Shown one piece after another: positions 1-9,318 of a stretch of DNA of 26,549 nt. The notes below the pieces were generated by a model that was given only the letters and a program-made list of their open reading frames with translations, did not search any database and was not told where the DNA came from. Within the stretch, counting starts at the first letter, position 1. Each line of letters starts with the position of its first letter. Source of the DNA: a virus (Duplodnaviria > Caudoviricetes); IMG/VR virus record IMGVR_UViG_3300011339_000624, positions 1 to 26,549 of that record; one strand, given 5' to 3'. The translations under genes and the position numbers were made by a program.

Positions 1-1
1 C

Positions 2-928
2 GGCCAGTATTGTCGTGGCGATGGTCTTGTTAAGTTTGCTGATCGTATTTGGTTGCTTAGCGGTACTCCCCTTCCTTCTAATGTCAGCGATCTGTGGACA
101 CATCTCAAAGCGATTTGGCAGTACCCTCTAAACTTTACTGACTTTACGTTGTATTTTTGTAAAACTTGGAATGGTAAGTTTGGATTGCAAATTCTTGGGA
201 ACAAGTCGGAACGCATGGCTGAGTTTAAGACCGTGCTAAAATCAATGATGCTTCGCCGTAAATCCGAAGTTGTGTTGAAGGATTTACCACCCATCTGGTG
301 GCAAGATACATCCATAGAAGTTGATAACTGGAGCGATACTAAGCACATTGAAGACCCACGAGAGAAGGAGGCCGTCGATGCTATCCTTGCTAACGCTCTG
401 ACAAACGAAGATTTATCCGAAAAGATAAGCAGCATCGCCCCGCATATCGCGTCACTAAGACGGCTGACAGGTGCAGCCAAGGCAGCGCCCATCGCCACAC
501 AGATAGCTGGCGAGTTGGCGGATGAGGCTTACGACAAGATCGTCATCTTCGCTTATCACACCGACGCAATCCAGACGCTTTACGATAGGCTCAAAGACTT
601 CAGCACGGTGGTAGTCGCAGGCGGTATGCCGACAGCCGACCGTCAAGCGGCGATTGACAACTTCCAGACCGACCCGAAGGTGCGGGTATTCATCGGCCAA
701 ATCACCGCATGTTCTACGGCGATTACGCTGACAGCAGCCAATCAGGTGGCGTTTGTTGAGATGGACTGGCTTAATTCTACTAACGCACAAGCCGCCAAGC
801 GTTGCCACCGGATCGGCCAGCTAAAACCTGTAATCGTCCGCGTGTTTTCTTTAGCCAATTCAGTAGACGAACACGTTAATAAGATACTTGCGCGTAAAGC
901 CCGGATGATTTCCGAGGCGTTAGACTAA
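2..928 (+). CDS. SNF2/SF2-family phage DNA helicase, 5'-truncated
   Basis: Frame is open from base 2 (GQYCRGDGLVKFADRIWLLSGTP...). Shows motif III LSGTP, MLRRKSEV, KIVIFAYH, AITLTAANQVAFVEMDW and motif VI QAAKRCHRIGQ. Confidence 0.9.
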   Translation, partial: GQYCRGDGLVKFADRIWLLSGTPLPSNVSDLWTHLKAIWQYPLNFTDFTLYFCKTWNGKFGLQILGNKSERMAEFKTVLKSMMLRRKSEVVLKDLPPIWWQDTSIEVDNWSDTKHIEDPREKEAVDAILANALTNEDLSEKISSIAPHIASLRRLTGAAKAAPIATQIAGELADEAYDKIVIFAYHTDAIQTLYDRLKDFSTVVVAGGMPTADRQAAIDNFQTDPKVRVFIGQITACSTAITLTAANQVAFVEMDWLNSTNAQAAKRCHRIGQLKPVIVRVFSLANSVDEHVNKILARKARMISEALD

Positions 929-1420
929 CCGCCTAAACTCACCGTGATATTCGCGGCTGGCTTTACAGTACGCGGCAAAGGCTTCCTGTGCAGATGCAAA
1001 GCGGCCAAGGTGTATGGCCTTGTTGTTGCGCCAAATCTTAGCCTGCCATTTCTTGCGGTCTCTGTCATATGACACGCCTTTGAAGCCGGACGTGTTGTTT
1101 CGGCTCATGCACCGATTGCGGTTATTCTCAGAACGGTTGGCCTCGCGTAGATTTACTAGGCGGTTATCAGTGCGCTTGCCGTTGGCGTGATCGAGAAGTT
1201 CAGGTGGCCATTTGCCGTACATCATGAGCCAAGCTACGCGGTGTACGCGATACTGCCTGCCCATAAGTACAACTACGCGATAGCCTTGCGCGTTTGTAGT
1301 TAGTATTTCGCGCCCGCTAGGGCGTCCAGTACGCGGCCAAATCTTCCAGCGCATCTCGCCTGTGGCCGGATCATAGTCTAGATATTTGCGTGCATCATGT
1401 GCCTTAATTAAACTTTCCAT
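920..1420 (-). CDS. HNH homing endonuclease with C-terminal AP2 DNA-binding domain
   Basis: YDPATG, YRVHRVAW, DHANGKRTDNRLVNLR (HNH_3-like), then NNTSGFKGVS...WQAKI...IHLGRF...AFAAY (AP2). GGAGG lies 5 nt before the ATG at 1420. Confidence 0.92.
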   Translation of the reverse strand: MESLIKAHDARKYLDYDPATGEMRWKIWPRTGRPSGREILTTNAQGYRVVVLMGRQYRVHRVAWLMMYGKWPPELLDHANGKRTDNRLVNLREANRSENNRNRCMSRNNTSGFKGVSYDRDRKKWQAKIWRNNKAIHLGRFASAQEAFAAYCKASREYHGEFRRLV

Positions 1421-1435
1421 AACAGCCTCCATAAA

Positions 1436-1471
1436 GAAGGGCCGAGGTGACTTCCAACTCCTCGGCCCTTC
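1436..1471. terminator. 12-bp stem-loop, probable terminator or attenuator after the ssb gene
   Basis: GAAGGGCCGAGG-12 nt-CCTCGGCCCTTC is a perfect stem, with short T-rich tails on both strands. Confidence 0.6.
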
Positions 1472-1478
1472 CCTTTAC

Positions 1479-2039
1479 TCAGAGTAAATCGTCTAAGTCT
1501 GAGATGTCTGCGGACGGACGTTCCGAAGCAGTGAACTCATCTGAAGCTGACAATCGGCCATCCATACGGGGGCCGTCACCAACCTTCTGAAGATTGCCTA
1601 GCGAAAAAGAAACGCCGTTGTTTCCATTGACGCTGTACGCATAGGCGCGCAGCGAGGCGCGGACCTTGGCCCCTGGATAAATATCCTTGGGGTCCGTGAT
1701 CGGAGCAGGCTTGCCGTTCTCGCCAGCAAACTTGCTGACTACACCAGGGGCTTGCTTGGATTTGACATTCATGAAGACCGACCCTTCAGGGTAGCCCTTC
1801 TCTTCGCCATCGTTACGGAAAGGCATACGGATTTTGCCGCCTTCCATTAACGATTTGGTCTTGTCTCCCCACTTTTCTTTAGCAACAGACGCCGCAACCG
1901 CTTTCAGTTCCGACATGTCCGTCCCGTCAGGGAATACAAGGCAGCAAGAATAGACTGGCTCACTTGCGCCTGGTGGAATCTGTGGTTCAAAGACATGCGG
2001 ATAAGAGATGACGGCTTCAGGTGTAATAACTTTTGACAT
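1479..2039 (-). CDS. DUF2815-family phage ssDNA-binding protein
   Basis: ISYPHVFEP, PFRNDG, IYPGAKVRASL, NGNNGVSFSLGNLQKVGDG and an acidic tail (DEF...DLDDLL). RBS AAGGA before the ATG at 2039. Confidence 0.88.
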   Translation of the reverse strand: MSKVITPEAVISYPHVFEPQIPPGASEPVYSCCLVFPDGTDMSELKAVAASVAKEKWGDKTKSLMEGGKIRMPFRNDGEEKGYPEGSVFMNVKSKQAPGVVSKFAGENGKPAPITDPKDIYPGAKVRASLRAYAYSVNGNNGVSFSLGNLQKVGDGPRMDGRLSASDEFTASERPSADISDLDDLL

Positions 2040-2049
2040 CGGTGTTTCC

Positions 2050-3195
2050 TTATTCAACGGTGAATTCGTCTGCTGCCAACAGGGCAACAGCCGGACGGTT
2101 ATCTGTATCAGCGACCATAGATGTGCCGGATGATACAGCTATTACGAGCGATGTCGGCAAGTTCTTCTTGCCCACGATACGCTCGATCTGCGGTGGCGAC
2201 TTCAACTTCTTTTCGTAGATGTCGTCGTCATCGAGACCTTCTTCTGTGGCCCAAGCCACAACCTCTTCCTCAACACGCCAGCGGCGTGTCGGTCGTTTCT
2301 CAACCAGCTTGTAGCCGGGAAGTTCCGCGCCAGCGTCCAGTATGTTATTGGCGTGGCGGCGTAGAGACTTGATCCACTCTTCAATCAGCGGAACCCTTTG
2401 CAGGAAATCCGCTATCTCTTGAGGGGATAGGTCATTGATGTTTCGCACTGTGCCGAACTCGTCTTGAGCAATCTCAAGGGCGTTGTTGCGCAGGGCCGAA
2501 CAGGTTCCTGCTGCTAGGCAGAATGTGCAATGCTTACCAGAAATGCGCGGTGCGTCCGGCTTCATGGCTGCGTGCGCTGCGTCAATTAGGTCTGTGCCAA
2601 AGTCCATGATGTCGTCACGGGTGTAGCTATACTCCCGCACCGGCCCATCGGGGTGCATGGCGCGTGGCTGCACAACAACCGTGATAACCTTATTGACTGG
2701 AGCCTTCTCCCCTATCTCAAGGATAGCGCCGAGTGCATAGTATTTAAGCTGCGCATTGTCCTCGACTTCAACGGCGATACCTTGGCCGTGCTTGTAGTCG
2801 ATGACGTAAAGCGTCCCGCTTTCTTTGCCGTAGATGATACAGTCAGCCGTGCCGAACATCGGCATGGGCGGGTCAAGTTTGTCTAGGCTAAATCTTTTTT
2901 CGTATCTACAAATATTCGGTTCGGTCGCAGCCACATCTCGGATGTAGTCGATGTAAACCTGCACCGCACGGGCCATGTTGTCGTCAACCTTGTGGCCGTT
3001 ATGCTCTTCGCCAATGAAGGCGAAGGCATCTTCGTGTCCATTGACTAAGCAGAACTCACCCAGTTCATGCGCTGCCGTACCAAGTTCGGCGTATGGCGAA
3101 CTCTCGTTAGGGAAGGGAGCCTCGGCTTCAAGTGAACCAGGGCAACTCATGCGGCGCTTTGCATTGGACGCGCCAAACTTTGCGTGTGCTGTCAT
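2050..3195 (-). CDS. DUF2800-family PD-(D/E)xK (Cas4-like) exonuclease
   Basis: HAKFGAS...CPGS, GTAAHE, FGTADCI, VIDYKHG, NAQLKYYALG, HCTFC...C. ATGA overlap with the polA stop. Confidence 0.88.
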   Translation of the reverse strand: MTAHAKFGASNAKRRMSCPGSLEAEAPFPNESSPYAELGTAAHELGEFCLVNGHEDAFAFIGEEHNGHKVDDNMARAVQVYIDYIRDVAATEPNICRYEKRFSLDKLDPPMPMFGTADCIIYGKESGTLYVIDYKHGQGIAVEVEDNAQLKYYALGAILEIGEKAPVNKVITVVVQPRAMHPDGPVREYSYTRDDIMDFGTDLIDAAHAAMKPDAPRISGKHCTFCLAAGTCSALRNNALEIAQDEFGTVRNINDLSPQEIADFLQRVPLIEEWIKSLRRHANNILDAGAELPGYKLVEKRPTRRWRVEEEVVAWATEEGLDDDDIYEKKLKSPPQIERIVGKKNLPTSLVIAVSSGTSMVADTDNRPAVALLAADEFTVE

Positions 3196-5099
3196 TTCCG
3201 ATACCTCTTTCCTTCTTTGCCTTCGGCGTTGATCGGGCATCCGTCTGCCCATGCCGGAACGCGGGTCATGATTTCAATCATCTCTTCAAGCGAACCAAAA
3301 TCATCTGGCACTTCGCTAATGATTTCATCGTGTACGGACAGGATTACGTTGTAGCCTTTCAGTTCCAACGCCATCATGGCCGTGGCCATCAGGTCGCGGG
3401 CGGTTGCTTGCACCACATTCTCTGTCAACAGACCACCCCATATAATCTGTGACACCCACTGACGGGTCACACTATTCAGCGTATCGACTTGCGCGGTGTC
3501 ACGCATTGCCCCCCAAGGCGTCTCTCGCTGAATAATGCGGGGATTGTGGTACGTTAGCGACCGCCCGCTAGGTAGTGGAAGCTCGACCGACCTAACACGG
3601 CCAGCTTCCTTCACCATCTCTACAAATTCGTTCTCACTATCACGCCAGTACTGCGCAATCCTGTTGTTCTTCTCACGGTAGACGGACACGATGCGCTTAG
3701 CTTCGTCCTCGTCTACATTGATACCCATCGTGGCGCACTGCTCGGCGAAGCGTTTGCCGCCCATGCCATAGCCGCAACCCAAGATAGCCATCTTGCCAAC
3801 TTGGCGCTGTCCATCTGTCACACTCTCCACGTTCACATTATAGATGGCCGATGCCATTTCTTTGTACACGTCCCCGCCGTTGCGGAACGTCTCAACCAGA
3901 TCAGTCTGCCCTGCTATCCACGCCAAGACGCGGGCTTCAATCGCAGAGTAGTCGGCAAACATAAGTCGGTGGCCGTCCTCTGCAATCAGCATCGAGCGTA
4001 ATAGGTCGGACGCTAAAACTGTCCCCGCACCATGCTCAGACACATCTTCGTCTGCCTTTAGCTTGGCGATGATCTGATCTAACTCGTCTTGCTTCTTTTG
4101 TGGACGTGGGAAGTTCTGCGGTTGCACCAGCCGACCCGACCAGCGGCCCGTTGCCGCGCCATGATACATAAGAAGGCCGCGCATACGGTTGTCGGCGTTG
4201 GCTGCGTTAACCATCGCCTCATACTTAGCGGTGCTAGACTTGGCTCCGTCTTGGCGTAGTCGCAACACTTGCTTGATGATGGGGTGCAGCTTCTCCATGC
4301 CCAGCATCCGCGTCACGGTCTGCTTGTCCACGGACTTAACTTGTAGCCCATAGCTACGAAGCCACGCGGTTAAGTCCATTGCGTTCGTTGCCGCTTTGAC
4401 TTGGCCGTTGGTAAGGCGCTTGATCTCTGCGTCGATATTCTCCGACGCGGAGTTAGCAAGTTTGCTAACCCGTTCGATGAGGTCGAGGTCAACCTTAACG
4501 CCACGGTCATTGATACGCTGATCGAGTTGATAAAGACGGCGTTCACTGTCGGGCATCTCGTTCAGCGTCTCAGCTACCGACAGTTCTGTTTTAACATCTT
4601 GGATGCAGTACGCTACTAGCGTATCTATTTTGCCCTTCGTGTTCCACCAAGTGTAGCTACCGTCGGCGTTCACCTTACGGGGCCGTGCCATCCGGAGCAT
4701 AAGGGCCGCGCCAGCTTTGTCCTTCTGTTCTTCAACGCCAAGGACAGACGCCGCTTGACCCAGTGCGCGAGGTAGTCCCATCGCGCTGGCCTGCGCCATC
4801 GTGCAGCGCCATTGCTTAATGCTAGTGCGGGGCCACTGATAGCGGCTGACCATGATCTCATTCCAGATCGTGCGTTCAAAGTTGGCGTTCCATGCCGAGA
4901 GCAATCCGCCTGCAATAATCCAATCTTCGAGGTGGGTATCTATCTCATCACCAGGCAACCATACCCGCACGTCGTCAGACCACGGGGCCTTGTATGCCAT
5001 GCACCAGATGTCGGTTGAGGGGTCAGCGGCGTACTTATAGACACCCGTCTTGCGGAGATCGACGGCGCTGCGCGTCTCGAAGTCTATGCTTACTACCAT
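3192..5099 (-). CDS. polA: Phage family A DNA polymerase with 3'-5' exonuclease domain
   Basis: ExoI IDFETRS, ExoIII YCIQDV, GAATGRWSG, QPQNFPR, motif A ADYSAIEAR, motif B RQVGKMAILGCGYG, motif C VHDEI. Confidence 0.95.
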   Translation of the reverse strand: MVVSIDFETRSAVDLRKTGVYKYAADPSTDIWCMAYKAPWSDDVRVWLPGDEIDTHLEDWIIAGGLLSAWNANFERTIWNEIMVSRYQWPRTSIKQWRCTMAQASAMGLPRALGQAASVLGVEEQKDKAGAALMLRMARPRKVNADGSYTWWNTKGKIDTLVAYCIQDVKTELSVAETLNEMPDSERRLYQLDQRINDRGVKVDLDLIERVSKLANSASENIDAEIKRLTNGQVKAATNAMDLTAWLRSYGLQVKSVDKQTVTRMLGMEKLHPIIKQVLRLRQDGAKSSTAKYEAMVNAANADNRMRGLLMYHGAATGRWSGRLVQPQNFPRPQKKQDELDQIIAKLKADEDVSEHGAGTVLASDLLRSMLIAEDGHRLMFADYSAIEARVLAWIAGQTDLVETFRNGGDVYKEMASAIYNVNVESVTDGQRQVGKMAILGCGYGMGGKRFAEQCATMGINVDEDEAKRIVSVYREKNNRIAQYWRDSENEFVEMVKEAGRVRSVELPLPSGRSLTYHNPRIIQRETPWGAMRDTAQVDTLNSVTRQWVSQIIWGGLLTENVVQATARDLMATAMMALELKGYNVILSVHDEIISEVPDDFGSLEEMIEIMTRVPAWADGCPINAEGKEGKRYRK

Positions 5100-5139
5100 A
5101 TTCTCTCCACTTTTTTGTCGGTGTCACGTTTGCTTTCCC

Positions 5140-5215
5140 TATAGCTGGCACAGAACGCATAGTGCCGTCAACAAAAAAAAGTTCTTGCATTCGATATTCG
5201 AACTGTGCCACCCAA
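5140..5215. promoter_or_regulatory. Divergent promoter pair (polA operon / primase operon)
   Basis: Minus strand TTGACG-N12-CTGTGCCA and plus strand TTGCAT-N12-CTGTGCCA, back to back around an A-tract. Confidence 0.55.
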
Positions 5216-5243
5216 TAAGGACAACAGAAAAACAGGGGAGATT

Positions 5244-6008
5244 ATGGTTAAGAAAATTAGCGCGTGGAGTCCCAAAGAGGACGACCAACTCAAAGAACTT
5301 TATGAGAATATGATACCGCTTGTGCAGATTGCACGGGTGCTTGACCGTACTGTTGAATCAGTTGAAAGTCGGCGTAGGAAAACCGGACTTAGGCGGGAAT
5401 CTCTTTCAGAGAAAGCGCCGCCGCCGTCTGACTTTGCGGAGATGCTAGAGACTATGAATGTAAGCCAACTTATGAAACATTACGAACGCGCAAGGTCTGT
5501 GATCTGCCGTTGGATGCTAGAACTTGAACTTACAAAAGTAGTTACTGGCCGAAGGAAGAAAGTCATACCGCCTACCTTTGCTAAGGTGGCCCCAACTATG
5601 ACTTGCGCCGAACTAATGCGTTTATATAATACCAATCGCGTAACGGTTCGGGGTTGGCTCCAAGAATTAGGCATCCACCCGATGTCGATTTGGGATCGTC
5701 GTGCATTAAAGGCCAACCCCATTCCGGCTAAGACTGAGGAAGACGCCCCGGCTACTCGGCGTGAGTTAAACGGTCGCACGAAATTGGTTGCGGCTGAAGC
5801 TGCAAAGTTTCTGCGGCGCTATCACCCGTCGGTCCATCGCGCAGATATAAAGATGTTTGAGCACTCGTCACACACATGGGGTGACGTTAACAATGTGCCC
5901 TTTCGCGGCATCAATCAGTATTATGTCGCAGGTAAAGGCATCATGTGGAGCGATGACCTCATCGCTTACGCTGAATCAAGAGGCTTTAAGATAAAGGAAT
6001 TAACATAA
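5244..6008 (+). CDS. Multi-HTH putative transcription regulator (GcrA/Myb-like N-terminus)
   Basis: WSPKEDDQLKELY...IARVLDRTVESVESRRRKTGL followed by two internal HTH-like repeats. RBS GGGGAG before the ATG at 5244. Confidence 0.6.
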   Translation: MVKKISAWSPKEDDQLKELYENMIPLVQIARVLDRTVESVESRRRKTGLRRESLSEKAPPPSDFAEMLETMNVSQLMKHYERARSVICRWMLELELTKVVTGRRKKVIPPTFAKVAPTMTCAELMRLYNTNRVTVRGWLQELGIHPMSIWDRRALKANPIPAKTEEDAPATRRELNGRTKLVAAEAAKFLRRYHPSVHRADIKMFEHSSHTWGDVNNVPFRGINQYYVAGKGIMWSDDLIAYAESRGFKIKELT

Positions 6009-6163
6009 TGGCACGTCCTACAAAAACTACTGAAGAACCAACGCCTGTCGTGAATGAGAAAGAAGCGATCATTGCTTGGCTTCGTTCCGGCAAGATGAAT
6101 ATGTTTGAGCGCAGCACACGTTGGCTGGCGGATAGAATTGAAGCAGGGGAGCATTTGAAATGA
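6008..6163 (+). CDS. Hypothetical 51-aa protein (not in ORF track)
   Basis: MARPTKTTEE...EAIIAWLRSGK...WLADRIEAGEHLK. TAATG and ATGA coupling on both sides; AAGGA upstream. Confidence 0.7.
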   Translation: MARPTKTTEEPTPVVNEKEAIIAWLRSGKMNMFERSTRWLADRIEAGEHLK

Positions 6164-6378
6164 AACAGATATTAGCAGCACAACTGGCCGAGTGGCTCGA
6201 CAACAACACACATGGCTACGTCAAACGTGAAGGCAACATAATAAATATCGAAGGCAGTATTGATGCCTACGAACTTGCGCTATATGTTCAGTCGCTCGGC
6301 GCGGGGAAGAGTACAGAGCAAATCCTTAACGACAACCGGACTTCATATACCGGACGGAGTTTTGCTAGGGGGGTCTAG
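6160..6378 (+). CDS. Hypothetical protein
   Basis: ATGA overlap, RBS GGGGAG, in operon context. Confidence 0.7.
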   Translation: MKQILAAQLAEWLDNNTHGYVKREGNIINIEGSIDAYELALYVQSLGAGKSTEQILNDNRTSYTGRSFARGV

Positions 6379-6380
6379 TA

Positions 6381-6602
6381 ATGAGCAAGATAAGATGGAA
6401 GGATGAAAAACAAACGGTAGAGTTTGTTCCAGTATTCATCATCGGTTTTGAAGAAGAGTTTGAACGCGGTGTAATAATGACAACAGCCGCGTACAAAATA
6501 CTAGACGAAGCTGAACCAGACTTCGCAGTCTACGCCATCGACGCAGCAATAGATATATTGATGCAGAGGCGGGACGAAATTGAAAAGAGGGAATTGCACT
6601 GA
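6381..6602 (+). CDS. Hypothetical protein
   Basis: In operon context; TGATG coupling to the primase gene. Confidence 0.7.
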   Translation: MSKIRWKDEKQTVEFVPVFIIGFEEEFERGVIMTTAAYKILDEAEPDFAVYAIDAAIDILMQRRDEIEKRELH

Positions 6603-9076
6603 TGAAGTTTCAAACATTGTACAAGATTGGTTTTACCGATCTCGTGTCCGTTATCCCACCGAACGCTGAGTTGTCAGCCATGTCTAAAATCCAAGCGGAT
6701 CAGGCAGGCAAAGCACCAGGCCGGTTGAATGCGCAAGGCACATGGGGTGGCTATGGCTGGCAGGACTACACGCCGACAGCCAATGATGTCGAACGGTGGG
6801 ACCGCAGCCATGCTAATATCGGCTTGAAGGCCAGCAAATATCCTGCGGTTGACATTGATGTTGTTAACGAGGGGCTGGCTAGGGTCATTGGTGATATGGC
6901 GGTGAAGGCATTGGGCAAAGCCCCGATGCGTATCGGTCGTTTCCCCAAGCGCCTGTTCATGTATCGCACCGAAGAAAAGATAGGGCGCATGCAGGTGCGG
7001 TTCCGTGATGATCGCGGGGTCGAGCAGCTTGTAGAGTTTCTAGGTGACGGGCAGCAGTATGTCATTGCAGGTATCCATCCTATCACTAAGGAACCTTACA
7101 GTCTCGATGTGGACCTGACGCAACGGGGTCCGGCGGGCTTGAAGCTGGTCACGCGGGAAAAGATTGAGCGGTTCTTTATTGATCTGACTGAGACGTTGGA
7201 GATGATGGGCTGCGTTATTATCCATGCGGATAAGACAGCGCACAAGGCCGTCGAGCGGCAGTCGGTAGACCAAGTGTCGCTTACCGCTCCGAGCATCACC
7301 CATGTCGCTGCCGCTGTGGCTGCTATCCCGAACACAACCGAGAACTTCCCAGACCGTGACGATTATATCCGTATGGGCTACGCCATCAAGGCTGCGTGTG
7401 GCCCAGACCATGAGCCGGATGCGTTCGAGATATTCGCAGCCTGGGCCGAGCGTTGGGAAGACGGGGTTAACTCGCTCGATACTATCGAAGCAGACTTCGG
7501 TCGTATGCACCCGCCCTATGAACTGGGTTGGGACTGGCTGGCGGGTAAGGCTGCGACCTTTGGCTACAAGCGCGAGGTCGATGAGTTCGAAGTGTCGGAC
7601 TTTGATGATGAAGACTTCGGCATGGTGGCCTCGGCTGGTGAAACGCCGATAGAGTATAGCGACATTGCATTGGCGCAGCGCGTTGCTCGTCTACACGTTT
7701 CGGATATTCGATACGTTGTTGGCGGCATGGGCTGGGTCGCATGGGATGGTAACAAGTGGGCGAAGGACGTGGCGAACAAGCACCTGTCCATTGTGCGCAA
7801 GGTTTGCGCGAACGCATCGGCTGAAGCGTTGGACAAGATCGAAAGCCCGCAAAAGGCAGAGCGTATCGCGCAGCGTGTGGCGTCATACAATGTTATCTCG
7901 AACGTAGCCAAGCTGGCTGCGGTTGAGCCGACAATGCAAGCAACCACCGAGCAGCTAGACGCGGACATCTATATCCTCAACACCAAGTCGGGGATGGTGG
8001 ACTTGAAGACAGGCGTCCTGTTCGCGCATGACCGTTCGCGGATGTGTACTAAATGCACATCGGTTGAGGCAGACTTCAGCAAACCAGCCCCGCAGTGGCA
8101 AGCGTTTCTGAATGAAGCTTGCAACGGTGATAGCGAGATGATCTCTTACCTTCAAAGGTTGGCTGGCTATTCGGCAACGGGTAGCACCAAAGAGCATGTA
8201 TTAGCCTTCGCTCACGGCTCCGGCGGTAATGGCAAAGGGACGTTCCTTGGCGCGGTAGGAAACATCCTTGGTGATTATGCCACCGTGGCCAGTGCGGACG
8301 TGTTCCTTGCGTCGAACAATCAGCGGCATCCTACAGAGTTGGCGTCATTGATGGGCGCTCGGCTGGTTCACGCGCAGGAGATTGATCCATCGCGCAAGTG
8401 GGACGAAGCCAAGGTGAAGTCGCTGACTGGCGGGGACAAGATCAGTGCGCGGTTCATGCGTCAGGATTTGTTTGAGTTCCAGCCGCAGTTCACGCTTGTG
8501 ATTGCGGGCAACACTAAGCCAGAGATTACTAATGTGGATGATGCCATGCGGCGGCGTATGCACCTCATACCATTTGACACTAAGCCTATCCGCAAGGACG
8601 TTGACTTGCCGGACAAGCTGAAAGAGGAATACCCTGCAATTCTGGCTTGGGTTATCGAAGGCGCTAAGTCTTGGCTGGTAGAGGGGTTGAACCCACCAAA
8701 GGCAGTAGTCGAAGCAACCGATGAATATCTCGCTGGCGAGGACGCATTGGCCCGCTGGGTGACTGAGCGTTGCGTGGCTTCCCCTGACCATGAGATGGGG
8801 ACAACCGAAGCGTTCAATGACTTCCGGGACTGGTGCAAGGATAACAACGAAGCCAAGGGGCGTGACTGGTCGCAGCGTAAGTTCACAGCAGAGATGAAGA
8901 CCCACGGCTATGACCACGCAAAAGATCGGTCCACACGAACGAAGCGTGTGTTCCGTGGTCTTGAGCTTCTCATTGGCGATGCAGATCACATGATCATCAA
9001 CGCCATGATAGACGAGCAGCCGGAAGATTTCTTTGGCGTGCAGATTAACTTTAGGGCAGGTGAGGAGGAACTGTAA
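6602..9076 (+). CDS. Prim-pol / PriCT-2 / D5-type SF3 primase-helicase (P4 alpha-like)
   Basis: N-terminal NIGL...AVDID...QQYV..GIHP (AEP prim-pol), DYIRMGYAIK (PriCT), WVAWDGNKW (D5_N), Walker A GSGGNGKGT, VKSLTGGDKISARFM, AMRRRMHLIPF. Confidence 0.93.
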   Translation: MKFQTLYKIGFTDLVSVIPPNAELSAMSKIQADQAGKAPGRLNAQGTWGGYGWQDYTPTANDVERWDRSHANIGLKASKYPAVDIDVVNEGLARVIGDMAVKALGKAPMRIGRFPKRLFMYRTEEKIGRMQVRFRDDRGVEQLVEFLGDGQQYVIAGIHPITKEPYSLDVDLTQRGPAGLKLVTREKIERFFIDLTETLEMMGCVIIHADKTAHKAVERQSVDQVSLTAPSITHVAAAVAAIPNTTENFPDRDDYIRMGYAIKAACGPDHEPDAFEIFAAWAERWEDGVNSLDTIEADFGRMHPPYELGWDWLAGKAATFGYKREVDEFEVSDFDDEDFGMVASAGETPIEYSDIALAQRVARLHVSDIRYVVGGMGWVAWDGNKWAKDVANKHLSIVRKVCANASAEALDKIESPQKAERIAQRVASYNVISNVAKLAAVEPTMQATTEQLDADIYILNTKSGMVDLKTGVLFAHDRSRMCTKCTSVEADFSKPAPQWQAFLNEACNGDSEMISYLQRLAGYSATGSTKEHVLAFAHGSGGNGKGTFLGAVGNILGDYATVASADVFLASNNQRHPTELASLMGARLVHAQEIDPSRKWDEAKVKSLTGGDKISARFMRQDLFEFQPQFTLVIAGNTKPEITNVDDAMRRRMHLIPFDTKPIRKDVDLPDKLKEEYPAILAWVIEGAKSWLVEGLNPPKAVVEATDEYLAGEDALARWVTERCVASPDHEMGTTEAFNDFRDWCKDNNEAKGRDWSQRKFTAEMKTHGYDHAKDRSTRTKRVFRGLELLIGDADHMIINAMIDEQPEDFFGVQINFRAGEEEL

Positions 9077-9318
9077 TGTATGGGAACGAAGAGAGATTAA
9101 AGAACTGGGCGGCAACTCCGGACATCATCGGGGCTATCCACCTAGATGCGGCGCTGTATGGCGTTCCTGAAAAGGAAATGACCAAGATAAAGATTGTCGG
9201 GCTGTCTAGATCGCTCAACGCGGCTCACTCAAAACTCGTCAAGGCTCATTTGAAAATCCGTAAGTTGGAAAAAGAAAATGCGTTGATGAAAGAGGAACTG
9301 AAGAAGGAGACAGCCTAA
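9076..9318 (+). CDS. Hypothetical protein with C-terminal coiled coil
   Basis: RBS GAGGAGG; TAATG coupling at both ends. Confidence 0.7.
   Translation: MYGNEERLKNWAATPDIIGAIHLDAALYGVPEKEMTKIKIVGLSRSLNAAHSKLVKAHLKIRKLEKENALMKEELKKETA

Noticed and set aside
2050-3195. Cas4 as evidence of a CRISPR-Cas system
   Set aside because: It is a DUF2800-type nuclease in a standard phage replication module, with no cas genes or array.
5146-5160. Sigma54 promoter (TGGCAC...)
   Set aside because: The GG-to-GC spacing is 8 nt rather than 10, and there is no TTGC.
8345-9115. 256-aa antisense ORF and other shadow ORFs in the track (e.g. 16162-16722, 16816-17430, 21739-22203)
   Set aside because: They lie antisense to well-supported genes, have no RBS or motifs, and are expected from codon bias.
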